64,000 bases of DNA from a virus (Duplodnaviria; Caudoviricetes), in the IMG/VR virus record IMGVR_UViG_3300035670_000195, positions 704 through 64,703 of that record. One strand, written 5' to 3'. The notes beneath the pieces were generated by a model. That model ran no database searches and was not told the origin of the DNA. It saw only the letters and a list, made by a program, of their open reading frames with translations. Each line of letters begins with the position of its first letter. Position 1 is the stretch's first letter. A program made the position numbers and the translations under genes. Below are positions 46,225 to 57,300 of this stretch, piece by piece.

Positions 46225-47639
46225 GCTAGTGCTACCGTAATTAGTACAGGAATATCATCAGTAAGCGTTGTATTATTAACAGTACCATACCTACGCTCAT
46301 CAGAAACAGTTCCAGAAATTTGAGTTACGGTTCCAGAATCAGCAAATACCTTTGCAACTCCTCCACCTGAAATGGTTATTTTTCTAATTCCCATTGCTGT
46401 AATAAAAGTTGCCTGGTCTTGCATTCTACTGTAGTAAATGCTTGCCGTTTTTGTTGATGTATTTGTAATGGTCATTTCATTATCAGCATCTGTAAAGGCA
46501 AAAGTAAAAGGACCAATATTATCTGGAAGAATGTTTAGTATTTGTGGATCAACTGCACCAGCACCATTAGATCCAAACTGTCCATAAGATATAGTAGAGC
46601 CAACAACGGTACCAGTAAGATTTGCGCCAGCTGCAAGTGTAATATTATTTTCAAATAATACTTCACCAGTAATAGTCAAACGACCAGCATTGGATTCGTT
46701 AGTGGCTTTAATTTGAATTCCGTTTGTAGCTCCACCATTTGAGTTTTGATCAATTGTGATTCCACGGCTTGCTGCGTTCTTGCTTGCAGTAATTGCAATG
46801 GAGCCTGTAGCTGCAGCTGAAGTGCTTGATGTGGCAGCTATACTGCTTGTAATAATACCAGTTGTAAATGTCTTTACAGCAGTAAAGCTTTGAGCATCGC
46901 CAAGCGTAGCAACAACTGTCTTTGAACCAGCGGTCAAGCTGGTTAGCTCCACTGGCTGATGCAAAGTTACTTGAGAGGATGAAACTGTAATACCGTCTGT
47001 CTCTGTTGAACCAGAGTTGGTAGCTTTAATAACAATGTTCTTGCTAGCACCAGAGCCAACAAGCTCAGATGTTCCAGCCAGAATTAGATCGGCATTGTTA
47101 AATGTCTTTGATCCAGTAAAAGTTTCTGTACCGTTTAAAGTTACGTTACCAGCGGCAGTTACCCACGCCGTTCCACTCCACACTTTGAGAAAGACATCAT
47201 CAGAATCAAACCACAGAATTCCTGGGTCTGCTATATCTGGTACAGGATCTGGTGCAGAAGCTTGATAGTAGATTTTACCAGCGTGTTCAAGTACAGCTCT
47301 TTTATTAAAGCCGTTTAGAAATTCTCCGTTTCTATTCACCAACTCAAACATATTTTCAAGTTGGGTAGCTAGTGCTTTTACTTGTAATGTTCGATCTACT
47401 GGCGTATAAGTTAAACCAACAGCAGGTGTTTGTAGGTTTGTTGATGGTAAACCACCACCAGCAACACCAGCATTGTAAAGATAGATCAGTTCAAGGTGAT
47501 GGTCGTTATTATTATCTAATCCAGCTGGAACCAAGGTAAGAACAGTCCAGCTATTGTTGGCTAGACTGTATTCCCAAGTAATAGATCCCTCTGTGTAGGT
47601 AAATTCGTCACTAGGACTTGGAGGAAAGCTAATTGGCAT
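46221..47639 (-). CDS. tail fibre protein
   Basis: MPISFP start, GILWFDS...KVWSGTAW, ETFTGSKTF repeats. Confidence 0.75.
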   Translation of the reverse strand: MPISFPPSPSDEFTYTEGSITWEYSLANNSWTVLTLVPAGLDNNNDHHLELIYLYNAGVAGGGLPSTNLQTPAVGLTYTPVDRTLQVKALATQLENMFELVNRNGEFLNGFNKRAVLEHAGKIYYQASAPDPVPDIADPGILWFDSDDVFLKVWSGTAWVTAAGNVTLNGTETFTGSKTFNNADLILAGTSELVGSGASKNIVIKATNSGSTETDGITVSSSQVTLHQPVELTSLTAGSKTVVATLGDAQSFTAVKTFTTGIITSSIAATSSTSAAATGSIAITASKNAASRGITIDQNSNGGATNGIQIKATNESNAGRLTITGEVLFENNITLAAGANLTGTVVGSTISYGQFGSNGAGAVDPQILNILPDNIGPFTFAFTDADNEMTITNTSTKTASIYYSRMQDQATFITAMGIRKITISGGGVAKVFADSGTVTQISGTVSDERRYGTVNNTTLTDDIPVLITVALA

Positions 47640-48535
47640 TAAGCACCTATCCCAACTGGAGCAGAGACATCAACCCAAAAACCATCTCCAGTTGAAGATG
47701 ATGGAGTTTTGGGAACGAATACATAGACTCGTCCATTAGTTGTATTATACCAAAGAGAACCAAAATCAAAGTTATTGCTGCTGCTGTTCCATGCTGGTCC
47801 AGTTGGTCCAGAAAGAAAGGATCCTGGAAGCGAACCAGACGAAAAGTCTAGTTGACTTGCTGATAGTTTTCCGTCTGGACCAAGAGTTGCAATGCCGTTG
47901 GCAACACCAAGTTGCGTTGTAACATTCTCGTTGATTTCTCCATCAACGTAAAACTTATTGGCTGCTTCAAAATTAGCGGTTGGTGTTGCAAGATTAGTAA
48001 TCTTAAAGTTGTTGGCATTCAGCGTTTCTTGTAAAGGATTAACTACTGAATCTTGATCGTCTCTGCGAACAAAGAGATCAAGTGAATCATAGATTTCCTG
48101 AATAGAAGCAAGCAACTGTGCCGTATTAAGATTAAGTTGATCGGCTGTAATTCTACTTCCAGTAATCCAATCGACTAGTGCCTCTGAATATACTTGCTTT
48201 CGTTCTACTAATAGCGGTTCACTTTCTACCATTGCTGGAACGGATACGACTGTTCCGCTATCTAGAGTAACTGTAGCTCCAGTAGGAATAGTGATTGCAG
48301 CGATTGTATTGGTGGCTTCATTAATGGTAAGCCAGCTTGAAGGAATTCTACCTACTCTTCTGTAGTCTTTCGTTGTAAGCGTATAAGCTGATAGATGCTC
48401 TGCTATATCCTTACGGAAAACAGACAACTGATCTACGACAGATACGTTATCAATGAATGAAAGACCAGCATAAGAGATTGGCAGAGTATATGTTCTGTCT
48501 AATGACGTACTAACTGTTGTACTGTTTGTAGCCAT
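47639..48535 (-). CDS. tail fibre adaptor (gp17 N-terminal-like)
   Basis: GSRITADQLNLNTAQLLASIQE, KITNLATPT; follows tail tube B. Confidence 0.75.
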   Translation of the reverse strand: MATNSTTVSTSLDRTYTLPISYAGLSFIDNVSVVDQLSVFRKDIAEHLSAYTLTTKDYRRVGRIPSSWLTINEATNTIAAITIPTGATVTLDSGTVVSVPAMVESEPLLVERKQVYSEALVDWITGSRITADQLNLNTAQLLASIQEIYDSLDLFVRRDDQDSVVNPLQETLNANNFKITNLATPTANFEAANKFYVDGEINENVTTQLGVANGIATLGPDGKLSASQLDFSSGSLPGSFLSGPTGPAWNSSSNNFDFGSLWYNTTNGRVYVFVPKTPSSSTGDGFWVDVSAPVGIGA

Positions 48536-48536
48536 G

Positions 48537-51203
48537 TTACCTCTTAGATGAATTTTTTCTGTTAAAGATACACCTAAACTCAATTTGAGTAATGTTGCTT
48601 GGTGTTGGTGTATCGTTGATTATATCGATTGTGCAGTTTTCCGACACGGAAAATATCTTGGATACTAGAATTCCGTCTTCTGCTCTGTATGCCTCTGTTT
48701 CCAGATTGGTTGCAGAAAACTCTGTTACTAGTTTAGTGGGTCTACCGCGTCTTGTAACTTCAATGCGATAAGAACCAGTATCCGAGTGACGTGTTGTCAT
48801 TGTCTTGAGATTCAACACGCCTTCAATAATATTGTTCTGATCTGCCCTATAGTAGAGACGTGACAAACGAGCTAGCATGGTGTAGTTAACACCAACATAT
48901 ACATGTTTGCCATAGTGTTGAGTTAAGTCAATACCACTAATGGTTACTGAGCTGATACTACCAATATTGGTAACTTCCTCGACATTATAGATCTCTCCTT
49001 GATTATTTTCAAAGTCAGGTCCAAGCACAACTGATGCCACTCCTTCTGGAAGTTTGTACGGCAACTCAATCGTAAACTGTAAAGGCCCAACTGAAACTGT
49101 ATTGCTGGGTGAAAGCTCAATTACCGTTCTTGAATCAAGACGTGGAATGGTTACATCCTCCGAGTCTAGAATAGAACGCATTAGATACCAACCAAGTGAA
49201 GATCCAGTATCTCGCTTTACTACTACATACAGATAGTTATCCCACGCCTGTAGCGCAAAGATTTCATCTGATGGTGAAAGAATGTACTTCCAAAATGCAG
49301 ATTGAACTACCTGATTACCAGAAAATCTATTGCAATAGACATAGAGATTTGATTTGTCATCTCCATCTACTGCCATAACATAGTTCTGAGCAGCAGCCAC
49401 ACATGCCTCTGAAATATTTTCTGGAAGGTATCCAGTAATTGGCGATGAAACCTCAAAGGCGGTATTGAATTCTCGACTGTCTTCGTTTAGATAGATGAAT
49501 AGTCTTGACTTATCGAAGAAGTAAATCTGAGAACCAAGCGTTACTGGCTCTACGATATCCAATGTGGAATAGAAAGTTGTGCTTGAGATCTCTGCCGTAA
49601 GCGGAGAGATTAGATTACTATCTCCCTTAAGCTCAAACTGCACATTACCACGGCTGTTTAAAAACAGATATGTATTGAATGGAATCATTGCAGAAATTTC
49701 CGAATAGGAATTACTTGCTGCACGAATGTCAATAGGATCTGCTGTCGTAATGTTAGATGGATCTTTAATCCAGAGATTTTGAATATCTCCAAGTCTGGAT
49801 GAGAACACGACATCTTCGCAGGACATGAACAACCTGTCTCTAAAGTTACAGATAGACTTGATCTCGACATGTCTTGCATCTTGGTCAGCATCTAAGAATG
49901 GAGATGGACCTGGGTTTGTATTACGATCTCCTACTTCCCTGTGTTCCCAGTTAATGGGTTGGAATGTCCACTCTCCGTTTTCAAAGGAAAGCTTTTGTGG
50001 CATTCTCTTCTTATCTAGAACAGAACAATAGTCTGGTGTTCTAACCTTTTGAGTGTATGGTGGTCCTGCTCCAACCTCTGGAGAACCGCTTGGGTGTGAC
50101 GAAGTAAGACCTTCGGCAAACGATACGATTCTATAATAGCCAGCATCAAGATCCAAGTAAGGTCCAGCACAATAGTAGATCTTTCCACGCCCTCCGATTG
50201 TATCTGGATACTCAGTGAACTCATCATAGAGTTCAATAAGCATATCTCTTGCGCTGTAATCATCGGGAGTAAGATCTGGATTTCCATTGTTTACATACCA
50301 GTCATTTAAGTCTGGAGGAAATCTAAGTTCATTGAATCCAGCTACTGACTGACCTAGCCAAGGAGACTCAAAGTCGCCATAGATAAAGTCTTCAACTGGA
50401 ATAAACTGTGCGGTAAGGTTTGGATCCTTTGTTAGACCAGAGGGAAATGCTGCATCGTAATATAAGCGACCGTCATCCTCCACTCTACTTACTTCGGCTG
50501 AGGTATAGTATGTAATTTTAGCACCGCCGACATCATCTGTTTCGGTTTCGGTACCGTCTAGATTTACTGTCTTACCAGAAAGACCTGAAGTAAAGCCAGC
50601 CTTTACTCTTGTGTTTGCGTAGATGATGTTAACACCTACCTGAACTGTCTTTAGAATTTCTGTATTGTCTCCCAAGCCGTATGCAATGTATCTTCTTGTA
50701 TCCCTAGATACCATACCTCTTGATAGGATATCATTATATTCGGCAATAGTTGGAGGACTTAAAATTTCCTCTGCTTTTGTATAGATGGTATAGCGAGGAT
50801 CGTTTACAGTGATTGTATCCGTACCGTTCCAAACAAGATCTGGATCCTCTGCATCCCACTGATAGATGGGAGTTTGGTTGATCCAAGAATCTCCATCTAC
50901 AAACAGAATATAGAAAAGGTTTGATGTTGCGATTGTTGCGTTTCTATCAACGATAATTAAAAAGCGTTTTGTGCGGTCTACTTGATACCAAGTAAAATGA
51001 GGATTGACATTTATTGGAAGAAAGTTAAGATTGTATCCGCCAATTCCACTAAGAACTGTGAATCCTGGTCGCTTTTCCAAAGATCTCTCGAGGGAGATCA
51101 TGCAGTTGTCCAGCTCTTCCGCCTCGAATGGAGTGCGCTTGGAGTCTGGTTGTCTACTGACACCACCACTAAGGGTGTAGATAGGAATGTTTACTGGCTG
51201 CAT
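48537..51203 (-). CDS. tail tubular protein B (gp12-like)
   Basis: LSGGVSRQPD, LEKRPG, FRDRL, DPID, QSAFWKY. Confidence 0.92.
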   Translation of the reverse strand: MQPVNIPIYTLSGGVSRQPDSKRTPFEAEELDNCMISLERSLEKRPGFTVLSGIGGYNLNFLPINVNPHFTWYQVDRTKRFLIIVDRNATIATSNLFYILFVDGDSWINQTPIYQWDAEDPDLVWNGTDTITVNDPRYTIYTKAEEILSPPTIAEYNDILSRGMVSRDTRRYIAYGLGDNTEILKTVQVGVNIIYANTRVKAGFTSGLSGKTVNLDGTETETDDVGGAKITYYTSAEVSRVEDDGRLYYDAAFPSGLTKDPNLTAQFIPVEDFIYGDFESPWLGQSVAGFNELRFPPDLNDWYVNNGNPDLTPDDYSARDMLIELYDEFTEYPDTIGGRGKIYYCAGPYLDLDAGYYRIVSFAEGLTSSHPSGSPEVGAGPPYTQKVRTPDYCSVLDKKRMPQKLSFENGEWTFQPINWEHREVGDRNTNPGPSPFLDADQDARHVEIKSICNFRDRLFMSCEDVVFSSRLGDIQNLWIKDPSNITTADPIDIRAASNSYSEISAMIPFNTYLFLNSRGNVQFELKGDSNLISPLTAEISSTTFYSTLDIVEPVTLGSQIYFFDKSRLFIYLNEDSREFNTAFEVSSPITGYLPENISEACVAAAQNYVMAVDGDDKSNLYVYCNRFSGNQVVQSAFWKYILSPSDEIFALQAWDNYLYVVVKRDTGSSLGWYLMRSILDSEDVTIPRLDSRTVIELSPSNTVSVGPLQFTIELPYKLPEGVASVVLGPDFENNQGEIYNVEEVTNIGSISSVTISGIDLTQHYGKHVYVGVNYTMLARLSRLYYRADQNNIIEGVLNLKTMTTRHSDTGSYRIEVTRRGRPTKLVTEFSATNLETEAYRAEDGILVSKIFSVSENCTIDIINDTPTPSNITQIEFRCIFNRKNSSKR

Positions 51204-51850
51204 TACCAACTCCGTCTACGATCCCGATAAGGGTATCGGTATGTTGCGTTTCTTGCATCTGGATTGACATTAAAAATGTTTCGTCTCTTATCCGATGTGT
51301 CGTTTTGTCTAGCCTTGATCCGTGATGTAAACTGATCTTCGGCAAGAATACGGTCTGAGTCTCTGTCTCCCTGTACCATCATCTGATAGCGGCGCATGGC
51401 ATCCCCTAAGACGGCGCGCTGTGATGCTGTATCCAGTTGTTCCCAACGGAGGAACATAACGATATCAATAACGTACTCTTCTGTGGTATTCCACACATCG
51501 GTTGAGTCTGTCATATTAAAAAGCTTTGGTGGAGTTCCTTCCTCTACTCTGGCTTGAATTGGAATATCATCGTCATTCCAGTGATTCGATACCAAGGAAG
51601 CGGAGATTACACCAAGGTAATCATCCGATGGAAAGCTTAGAAGAATGCGACCGTTCGCATCTGGTTCGGCTGTTCTTCTAATTCTGTTTTCAACCTGTCC
51701 CTTTAGCTGGTATTCCAAGCTGGACTGGTCAAGAATAAACTCTGCAATGCCTGTGTCAATCCCCGATGCCTCTTCGAGGTCTGCCACTAGGCTCTCTCCT
51801 GCTGCCAACATCATCATGTTGACTGCGTCTAGTCTAGATAGATAACCCAT
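51203..51850 (-). CDS. tail tubular protein A (gp11-like)
   Basis: LDAVNMMMLAAGE N-terminus; follows capsid. Confidence 0.9.
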   Translation of the reverse strand: MGYLSRLDAVNMMMLAAGESLVADLEEASGIDTGIAEFILDQSSLEYQLKGQVENRIRRTAEPDANGRILLSFPSDDYLGVISASLVSNHWNDDDIPIQARVEEGTPPKLFNMTDSTDVWNTTEEYVIDIVMFLRWEQLDTASQRAVLGDAMRRYQMMVQGDRDSDRILAEDQFTSRIKARQNDTSDKRRNIFNVNPDARNATYRYPYRDRRRSW

Positions 51851-51875
51851 AATATTTCCTTTCAATAACGGGGAT

Positions 51876-51906
51876 GAAAACCACACTCCCCCTTTCGGGG
51901 GAGCAT
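51876..51906 (-). terminator. terminator after capsid gene (T-phi-like position)
   Basis: CTCCCCC-GAAA-GGGGGAG stem then TGTGGTTTT. Confidence 0.75.
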
Positions 51907-52033
51907 GGCTGTACGACGATACCGTGGGTATCGAAGAGATTTAGGATCACCTCCTTCAAAAGCGGACAACAAGCTGTGAAACAAACACGTTGTCTTGCCC
52001 TCCTTTCCTGTTGAGGTGAGGTTTGATCTAAGA

Positions 52034-53383
52034 TTATGCTGAGTATGGGAACCCAGTGGTTGCGGTGGTTGGTGCGGTTGGGATAAACTCGCGTGAGAAG
52101 TTTGCTCCGAGAAGCACACGAAGCTCGTTACGAGCTGCTGCTGCTTCTGAACCACCAACGTTTGCTGCATCGACTTCAGCGAAGGGTACGCCACCAGTGG
52201 TGTTGAATAGAGTACCAGTACCCTTGCTGAATGCGGCTGCATCGTTTGGAGTGGTCTGACCAACAAGAACAGCTGCGCACTCTGGACGAAGAACGCCAGT
52301 GCCGCTCATCATGCTTGCAACGGTGAAGGTTGTGTTGCGACGAACGTCATCAACGGTATCAACCTTAAGACCCTGAAGCTTGAGTGATGCGACTGCACTC
52401 TTCTGGAAGATAAGACCGACGATACCAGCATCACCGAATGAGAGGTTGTAACGAGCCTCACCAATTGCGCCAGCACCGTAGTTGCTGATTGGAAGGTGAT
52501 TGCTCTTGATGATGGTAACACCCATGTACTCAAGGCTGTCCATGAGGTTGTTCATGCCAGCGGTGAGTGCTGCACCAAGACCACCAGCCTCTGCTACGCC
52601 GCCGAAGAATGGACGCTCGACAAAGGTTGGAGTGCCTGAACGAGCAACGCCAAGAGCGCGAATGTCTTGGAATGCGCGTGGGGTTACAGCGAGGTATACG
52701 CCATCAACTGGAGCGTTGATGGTCTGAAGGTAGACAAGGAAGTCTTCGCAAGCCTTGAGGGCATCAAGTGCAGCATCGGTACGCTGTGCGGTGGTTGCTG
52801 CTGGGGTGATGTGAGCGCCAAGGTACTTGAAGTTAACACTGAGGAAGACTGGTGCAGTTGGAACGCCACGAACATCGGTTGCTGGGGTATATGTACCAGC
52901 TGTAGCATTGCCAACCCAGTTAAGATCCTCAACGCCTGCGCGGGCAATGTAAGCAGCGATCTGCTTATCGCGAGCATTGGCGAGGGTTAGACCAGCCTGA
53001 CGTGCAAGCTCTGAGCGGTACTCCCATTGAGTCTGCATGAGGTCGACATTGTCAAGCTCGAAGTGTGCAGCAATTGGGCGCTTATCAAGCTTGATGGCGA
53101 CGGTGGTGCTTGAAGAAGAGCCACCGTAAAGCTCTACACCAGCGTTCCATGCTGCCTCAAGAGCAACAGTGCCAGTGATTGGGAACTCCATTGAAACGCC
53201 GTTATTGATGGTGCGGCTATCAACGAGAGACTCGAACATGTTGTATGCGTCATAGGCGTGAATAGTCTCGCCTGACCAAATTGAGAGCCAGAGCTTGTTA
53301 GCGCCAGCGAGTGGACCTGAGATGCCTGCGGTGTTGTCTGCGCGTAGGGCAATCTCACCGTTTGCTAGATCTGGATATGCCAT
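52034..53383 (-). CDS. major capsid protein (gp10-like)
   Basis: LSIWSGE, RTINNGVSMEFP, RSELARQAGLTLANARD, GTGVLRPECA. Confidence 0.95.
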   Translation of the reverse strand: MAYPDLANGEIALRADNTAGISGPLAGANKLWLSIWSGETIHAYDAYNMFESLVDSRTINNGVSMEFPITGTVALEAAWNAGVELYGGSSSSTTVAIKLDKRPIAAHFELDNVDLMQTQWEYRSELARQAGLTLANARDKQIAAYIARAGVEDLNWVGNATAGTYTPATDVRGVPTAPVFLSVNFKYLGAHITPAATTAQRTDAALDALKACEDFLVYLQTINAPVDGVYLAVTPRAFQDIRALGVARSGTPTFVERPFFGGVAEAGGLGAALTAGMNNLMDSLEYMGVTIIKSNHLPISNYGAGAIGEARYNLSFGDAGIVGLIFQKSAVASLKLQGLKVDTVDDVRRNTTFTVASMMSGTGVLRPECAAVLVGQTTPNDAAAFSKGTGTLFNTTGGVPFAEVDAANVGGSEAAAARNELRVLLGANFSREFIPTAPTTATTGFPYSA

Positions 53384-53396
53384 TGTTGTTTATTCC

Positions 53397-54293
53397 TTAA
53401 CGTAGATTATTGAAGTTTGTTTGCGCCATTCTCTTTTCGACTTGGGCGCGGAACTTTGAATCCGTACTGAAGAGAGGATTGCTCCGCTCACTGAAGAACT
53501 CAGCCTTGCTGGAGTACGGACCAGATGCAAGTGCTGTTGCTGAAGAAGCCCCAACCTTCTGTCCACCAACCTTTGGTGGCTCATTGGCTGTAGGCTTCTT
53601 TGGAATAGAGGCATCATACTTGGCCTTAAGACCAAGCAATGCAACTTCCCACGAAGGCGAGGCTAGTGCGGCATTGACAGCCTTCTGATCTGTATCAGAA
53701 AGATTCTTACTTGCCCAGTCAAATACTCTGGCAAGTTGATCCTTCCCTCCAATCGTCTGTGCTGCCTTGTCGTAAGCCTGCGAGAGTCGAGCCTTCTGTC
53801 CCTCAAGATAATCGTTGATCACATAATCTGGAAGCTTTGTCTTCTGCTTGATTGCAGCAACAGATTCTTCTGAAAGAGAACCGTTTACTGCAAACTCAGT
53901 CGAGTATGCTGTCCATTCTTCCTGTGTCAACCCAACTTCTTGAGTCTCTCTAGTCGCAGTCTCGTCTACCTTTGGCTTGTCGGGAATGCGTAGTTCCTCT
54001 GGAATCACAGGAACTGGATCGTTCTGTGGTTGCTCCTGAGCTACGGCCTCGACTGGCTGTGGTGTTTCAAGCTGCTTCTTTAGGGTTGAAATCTCCTGTC
54101 GTGCCTTGGTGTATTCACCTTGCGCGCTCTTGAGTGCATTGAACCAATCTCCAACAGACTTGAAATTGTCTGGTACTTGGATGTTGTTCTGTGTTACATG
54201 AGTCTCAAAAGCAATCGCCTCTCGGTCGACTGGAGTTGAAACCGCTGATTGTTCAGCCATAGGCTGAGTCGTTGGTTCGATATTGTCTGACAT
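53397..54293 (-). CDS. capsid scaffolding protein (gp9-like)
   Basis: GSLSEES, IGGKDQ...WASKNL, C-terminal FRAQVEKRM. Confidence 0.9.
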   Translation of the reverse strand: MSDNIEPTTQPMAEQSAVSTPVDREAIAFETHVTQNNIQVPDNFKSVGDWFNALKSAQGEYTKARQEISTLKKQLETPQPVEAVAQEQPQNDPVPVIPEELRIPDKPKVDETATRETQEVGLTQEEWTAYSTEFAVNGSLSEESVAAIKQKTKLPDYVINDYLEGQKARLSQAYDKAAQTIGGKDQLARVFDWASKNLSDTDQKAVNAALASPSWEVALLGLKAKYDASIPKKPTANEPPKVGGQKVGASSATALASGPYSSKAEFFSERSNPLFSTDSKFRAQVEKRMAQTNFNNLR

Positions 54294-54302
54294 TTAAATA
54301 CC

Positions 54303-57300
54303 TTAAGTTATTGATAGATCGAATGTGTCGATTACGCTGCTATTATAGTAATCGGTAAGAGTAATGACTCCACTACCAACCTTGTTAGCTACTCTAACAA
54401 ATCCAACGTAATCGCCTGATGTTGCTGATATTACACTACCGTTTGAAACTGGCTTCCAATCAGTACCAAGTGATGCAAAGTCTCCAGTAGAGAATTCGTT
54501 ATTAGACACCTTCATATAAATGGTACCGAGATTACCAGACCAACTAATAGTAGCTAGGAATGGATATGGTGTGGTAGGAATACGCTCAACATTATTTAAC
54601 GGTGGTTGTCCGTTTGCACTAGCAACATCTGCAAAGTCAATTACCTTTGAGGTATACTTTGCAAATGTAGGGGCATAGAATTCAAAGCGGACTGGTTCTC
54701 CACCAACAAGACCAGAGAAAGTTTGACCTGGATTTGTAAGCGAATTAACCGTTCCGTCTAGATTAAACCCAGCAACCACAGAAGCTAGTACATAGTTTAC
54801 ATTTGATGGATATGGAGTAAGAGTTAAAAGATCTCTCTTTTGATTTACTGGATCTGATGGATCTCTGTAATAAGCTACTATATATCCACCAGGATAGGCA
54901 TCGATAAAGTTCTGTGCTTTTGACTTGCCGTTACTAAGGTTGAAGATTTCTCCTGGTTGGAATCGAATATTAAAACCAGAATCATCATTAGGAATAACAA
55001 CTAACTGATTTCCTAGGAGTGTTCCACCGCCAGCATTATTAACAATAATGTTATCTGTCTGTGTAACGGTAATTCCAGTTACTTGTTGCGTGTTTCCTAG
55101 TGATAATTCAAACCCTGTTGTGGCTGTTGTGCAGTCAATAGCAAACTCAAACCCAGAACCATAAGAGGTAAATTCTCTTTCTTCTGGAACATAGACTGCA
55201 GGATAGCGATCAGGTCCGCAGCCTAGTGTATATAGACCAGCAAAGGCACCAGCCCTTGTCGTTGTGATGCAGTAATCGCTAACGGTAAAGCCAAGTTCTT
55301 GTGCATAATCAGGTGCCAATCTTGGCCAACCACTAAACTTTGTTCCACCAGTTACACCAGATTCTCCCGAATACGGATTATCAACTACCAGTCCAGTATC
55401 AGATTCACTTTCGTAATTGGTGTATGTAAATTCCTTTGGGAACGAATTGATGCCAGCATAGTTAAAACCAGAAACGTTGTCTTTAACATCGACGCAGTTC
55501 ATTACTGACCAGTTACCAACTCTTGCTGGGGTTGGTGGAGCAAAGGTTTCTGACTTAATATACCAACGCTTAAATAGATTATTTCTAATTGAAATGTTTG
55601 TTCTAAGAATCTCTGTTGTTCCAGCATCTGAGTAGAACATATTACATCTACCGCCAGAAACGGTATTGTGCCAAACTAGAATATTATCTACAACCTGAAT
55701 ATTTCCGTCTCCCCACAAACGAACTGTGGCGTTTGTAGCTGTAGTTCCATCGTAATCGGAAGCATAAATCATGTTACAAATGTAAGCATAATTATTTCCG
55801 AAGTCTGATGTAATAATGTTTTGGTTGGCGTTAGTTGTTACTAGTTCATTGTAACAGCAGATTCCATTTCCAATATCACGAATAAGAGAAATTGAAGCAA
55901 GTTCGGTAGATGTAACACTAATCCAAAGCCCAGTCTGAGCAGACCAACATTGATTACCACAGGTAACATCTGCTGTTGTTACTTCAAAATTACCAAGATT
56001 TCCCTTGAATATGGAACAGGTAGAAGAACCAACACATCCACTCCATCCCTTTAGCTTTGGTAGCTGAACTTCCATACGACAGTTAATAACAAATCGTCGT
56101 CTTGCTGTTAAGAAGACAAAGTTTGATGAGGCTGTTGGTGTAGTATGTGCTGGATTAGATCTAAATTTACACCCATCAAAGATGACGCAAAGAATATTTG
56201 AACCTACTTGATTTACGGTTCGGTATCCTGGAGTTACTGTATCTCCAGCATCAGCATTTCTAGCGTTTTCATAATTAAAGTAGATATTCTTAAAACGTAG
56301 GCAATAGTTTCTTGCAAATCCGTTATGACTAACGGTACCGCTTAAATTTCCACCAAGAAAAATAACTTCACCAGTAGTATTTGGTGCTGGCTGAATAGTC
56401 AACATAGACTTAACGGTGTCTCGTCCTGTTGTTGATGTTTGCCTAAATTCCATATACGAATAAGTTCCTGGCATACAATAGATGTTGCCTTGAAACTTAT
56501 TGCTATTACTGGTGCTGAATTTTTCCATTGCCTTTACTACGGTAGCGTATGGATTTTCCTCTGTTCCATCACCAGTGGTATCGTTACCGTCTGGTGCAAT
56601 GTAAACATCTAGAAGATCTGTTTGTTGGAATACAAAACGAACATCTTGAAAATCGTTATATCTTGTATTCCAATCTGAAGAACCGTAATCTACTCTAACG
56701 GATGATTTTGCTGGCCCATAGTATGGCATTACTGTGGCTCGCACATATAGCTCATCATCATCAGATAGAACCGATCCAATTAAAATACCAGGATATACAA
56801 GACGATATACTGGTACCTTGTTTTCATCTTGAGTTGGAGATGATGTGGTAATTGAGGTAAACGGAGTTGCATCGTCGTTCTTATACAAGTCAAATCGAAC
56901 AGCTGCTATTCCGTTTGGTGCCGTGTTTGGGGTGCTTGCTGAAATGTGATAGGCAATTACATCTACTGTAAGTACATCATTACCAGTAATAGCATAGTCA
57001 CCGTAAACGGAGAAGTTACAAACTGGCGGTGGACAACTAAGTGTTGATGTGTTTGAAATCTGAGCTGAACCACTGGTAGTTACACCATCAGTAAAGCCAG
57101 GTTCAAATGTAAAGTTTAGCTGATCCCCGCTATAGACATGTGTTGGAAGCGCTAGTCTTGCCTCAACATTGTTTTCTGTGACAGCAAAGTCAAGCTCTAG
57201 TTCACCCAGTCCTCGATTGTTATTGATCAAATCTTGATCGGTATTATCTGGATATGGCTTTCTTACAACGTGAGTAAACTGTGTTGTAAGTTGTCTTGTT

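Noticed and set aside
51944-51956. 16S rRNA gene fragment
   Set aside because: Only 13 nt match and the flanks are not rRNA-like; treated as a regulatory element
51862-52266. T7 10B-like frameshift extension of the capsid
   Set aside because: ORF is in the +1 frame, no slippery site is evident, and it runs through RNA hairpins and the terminator
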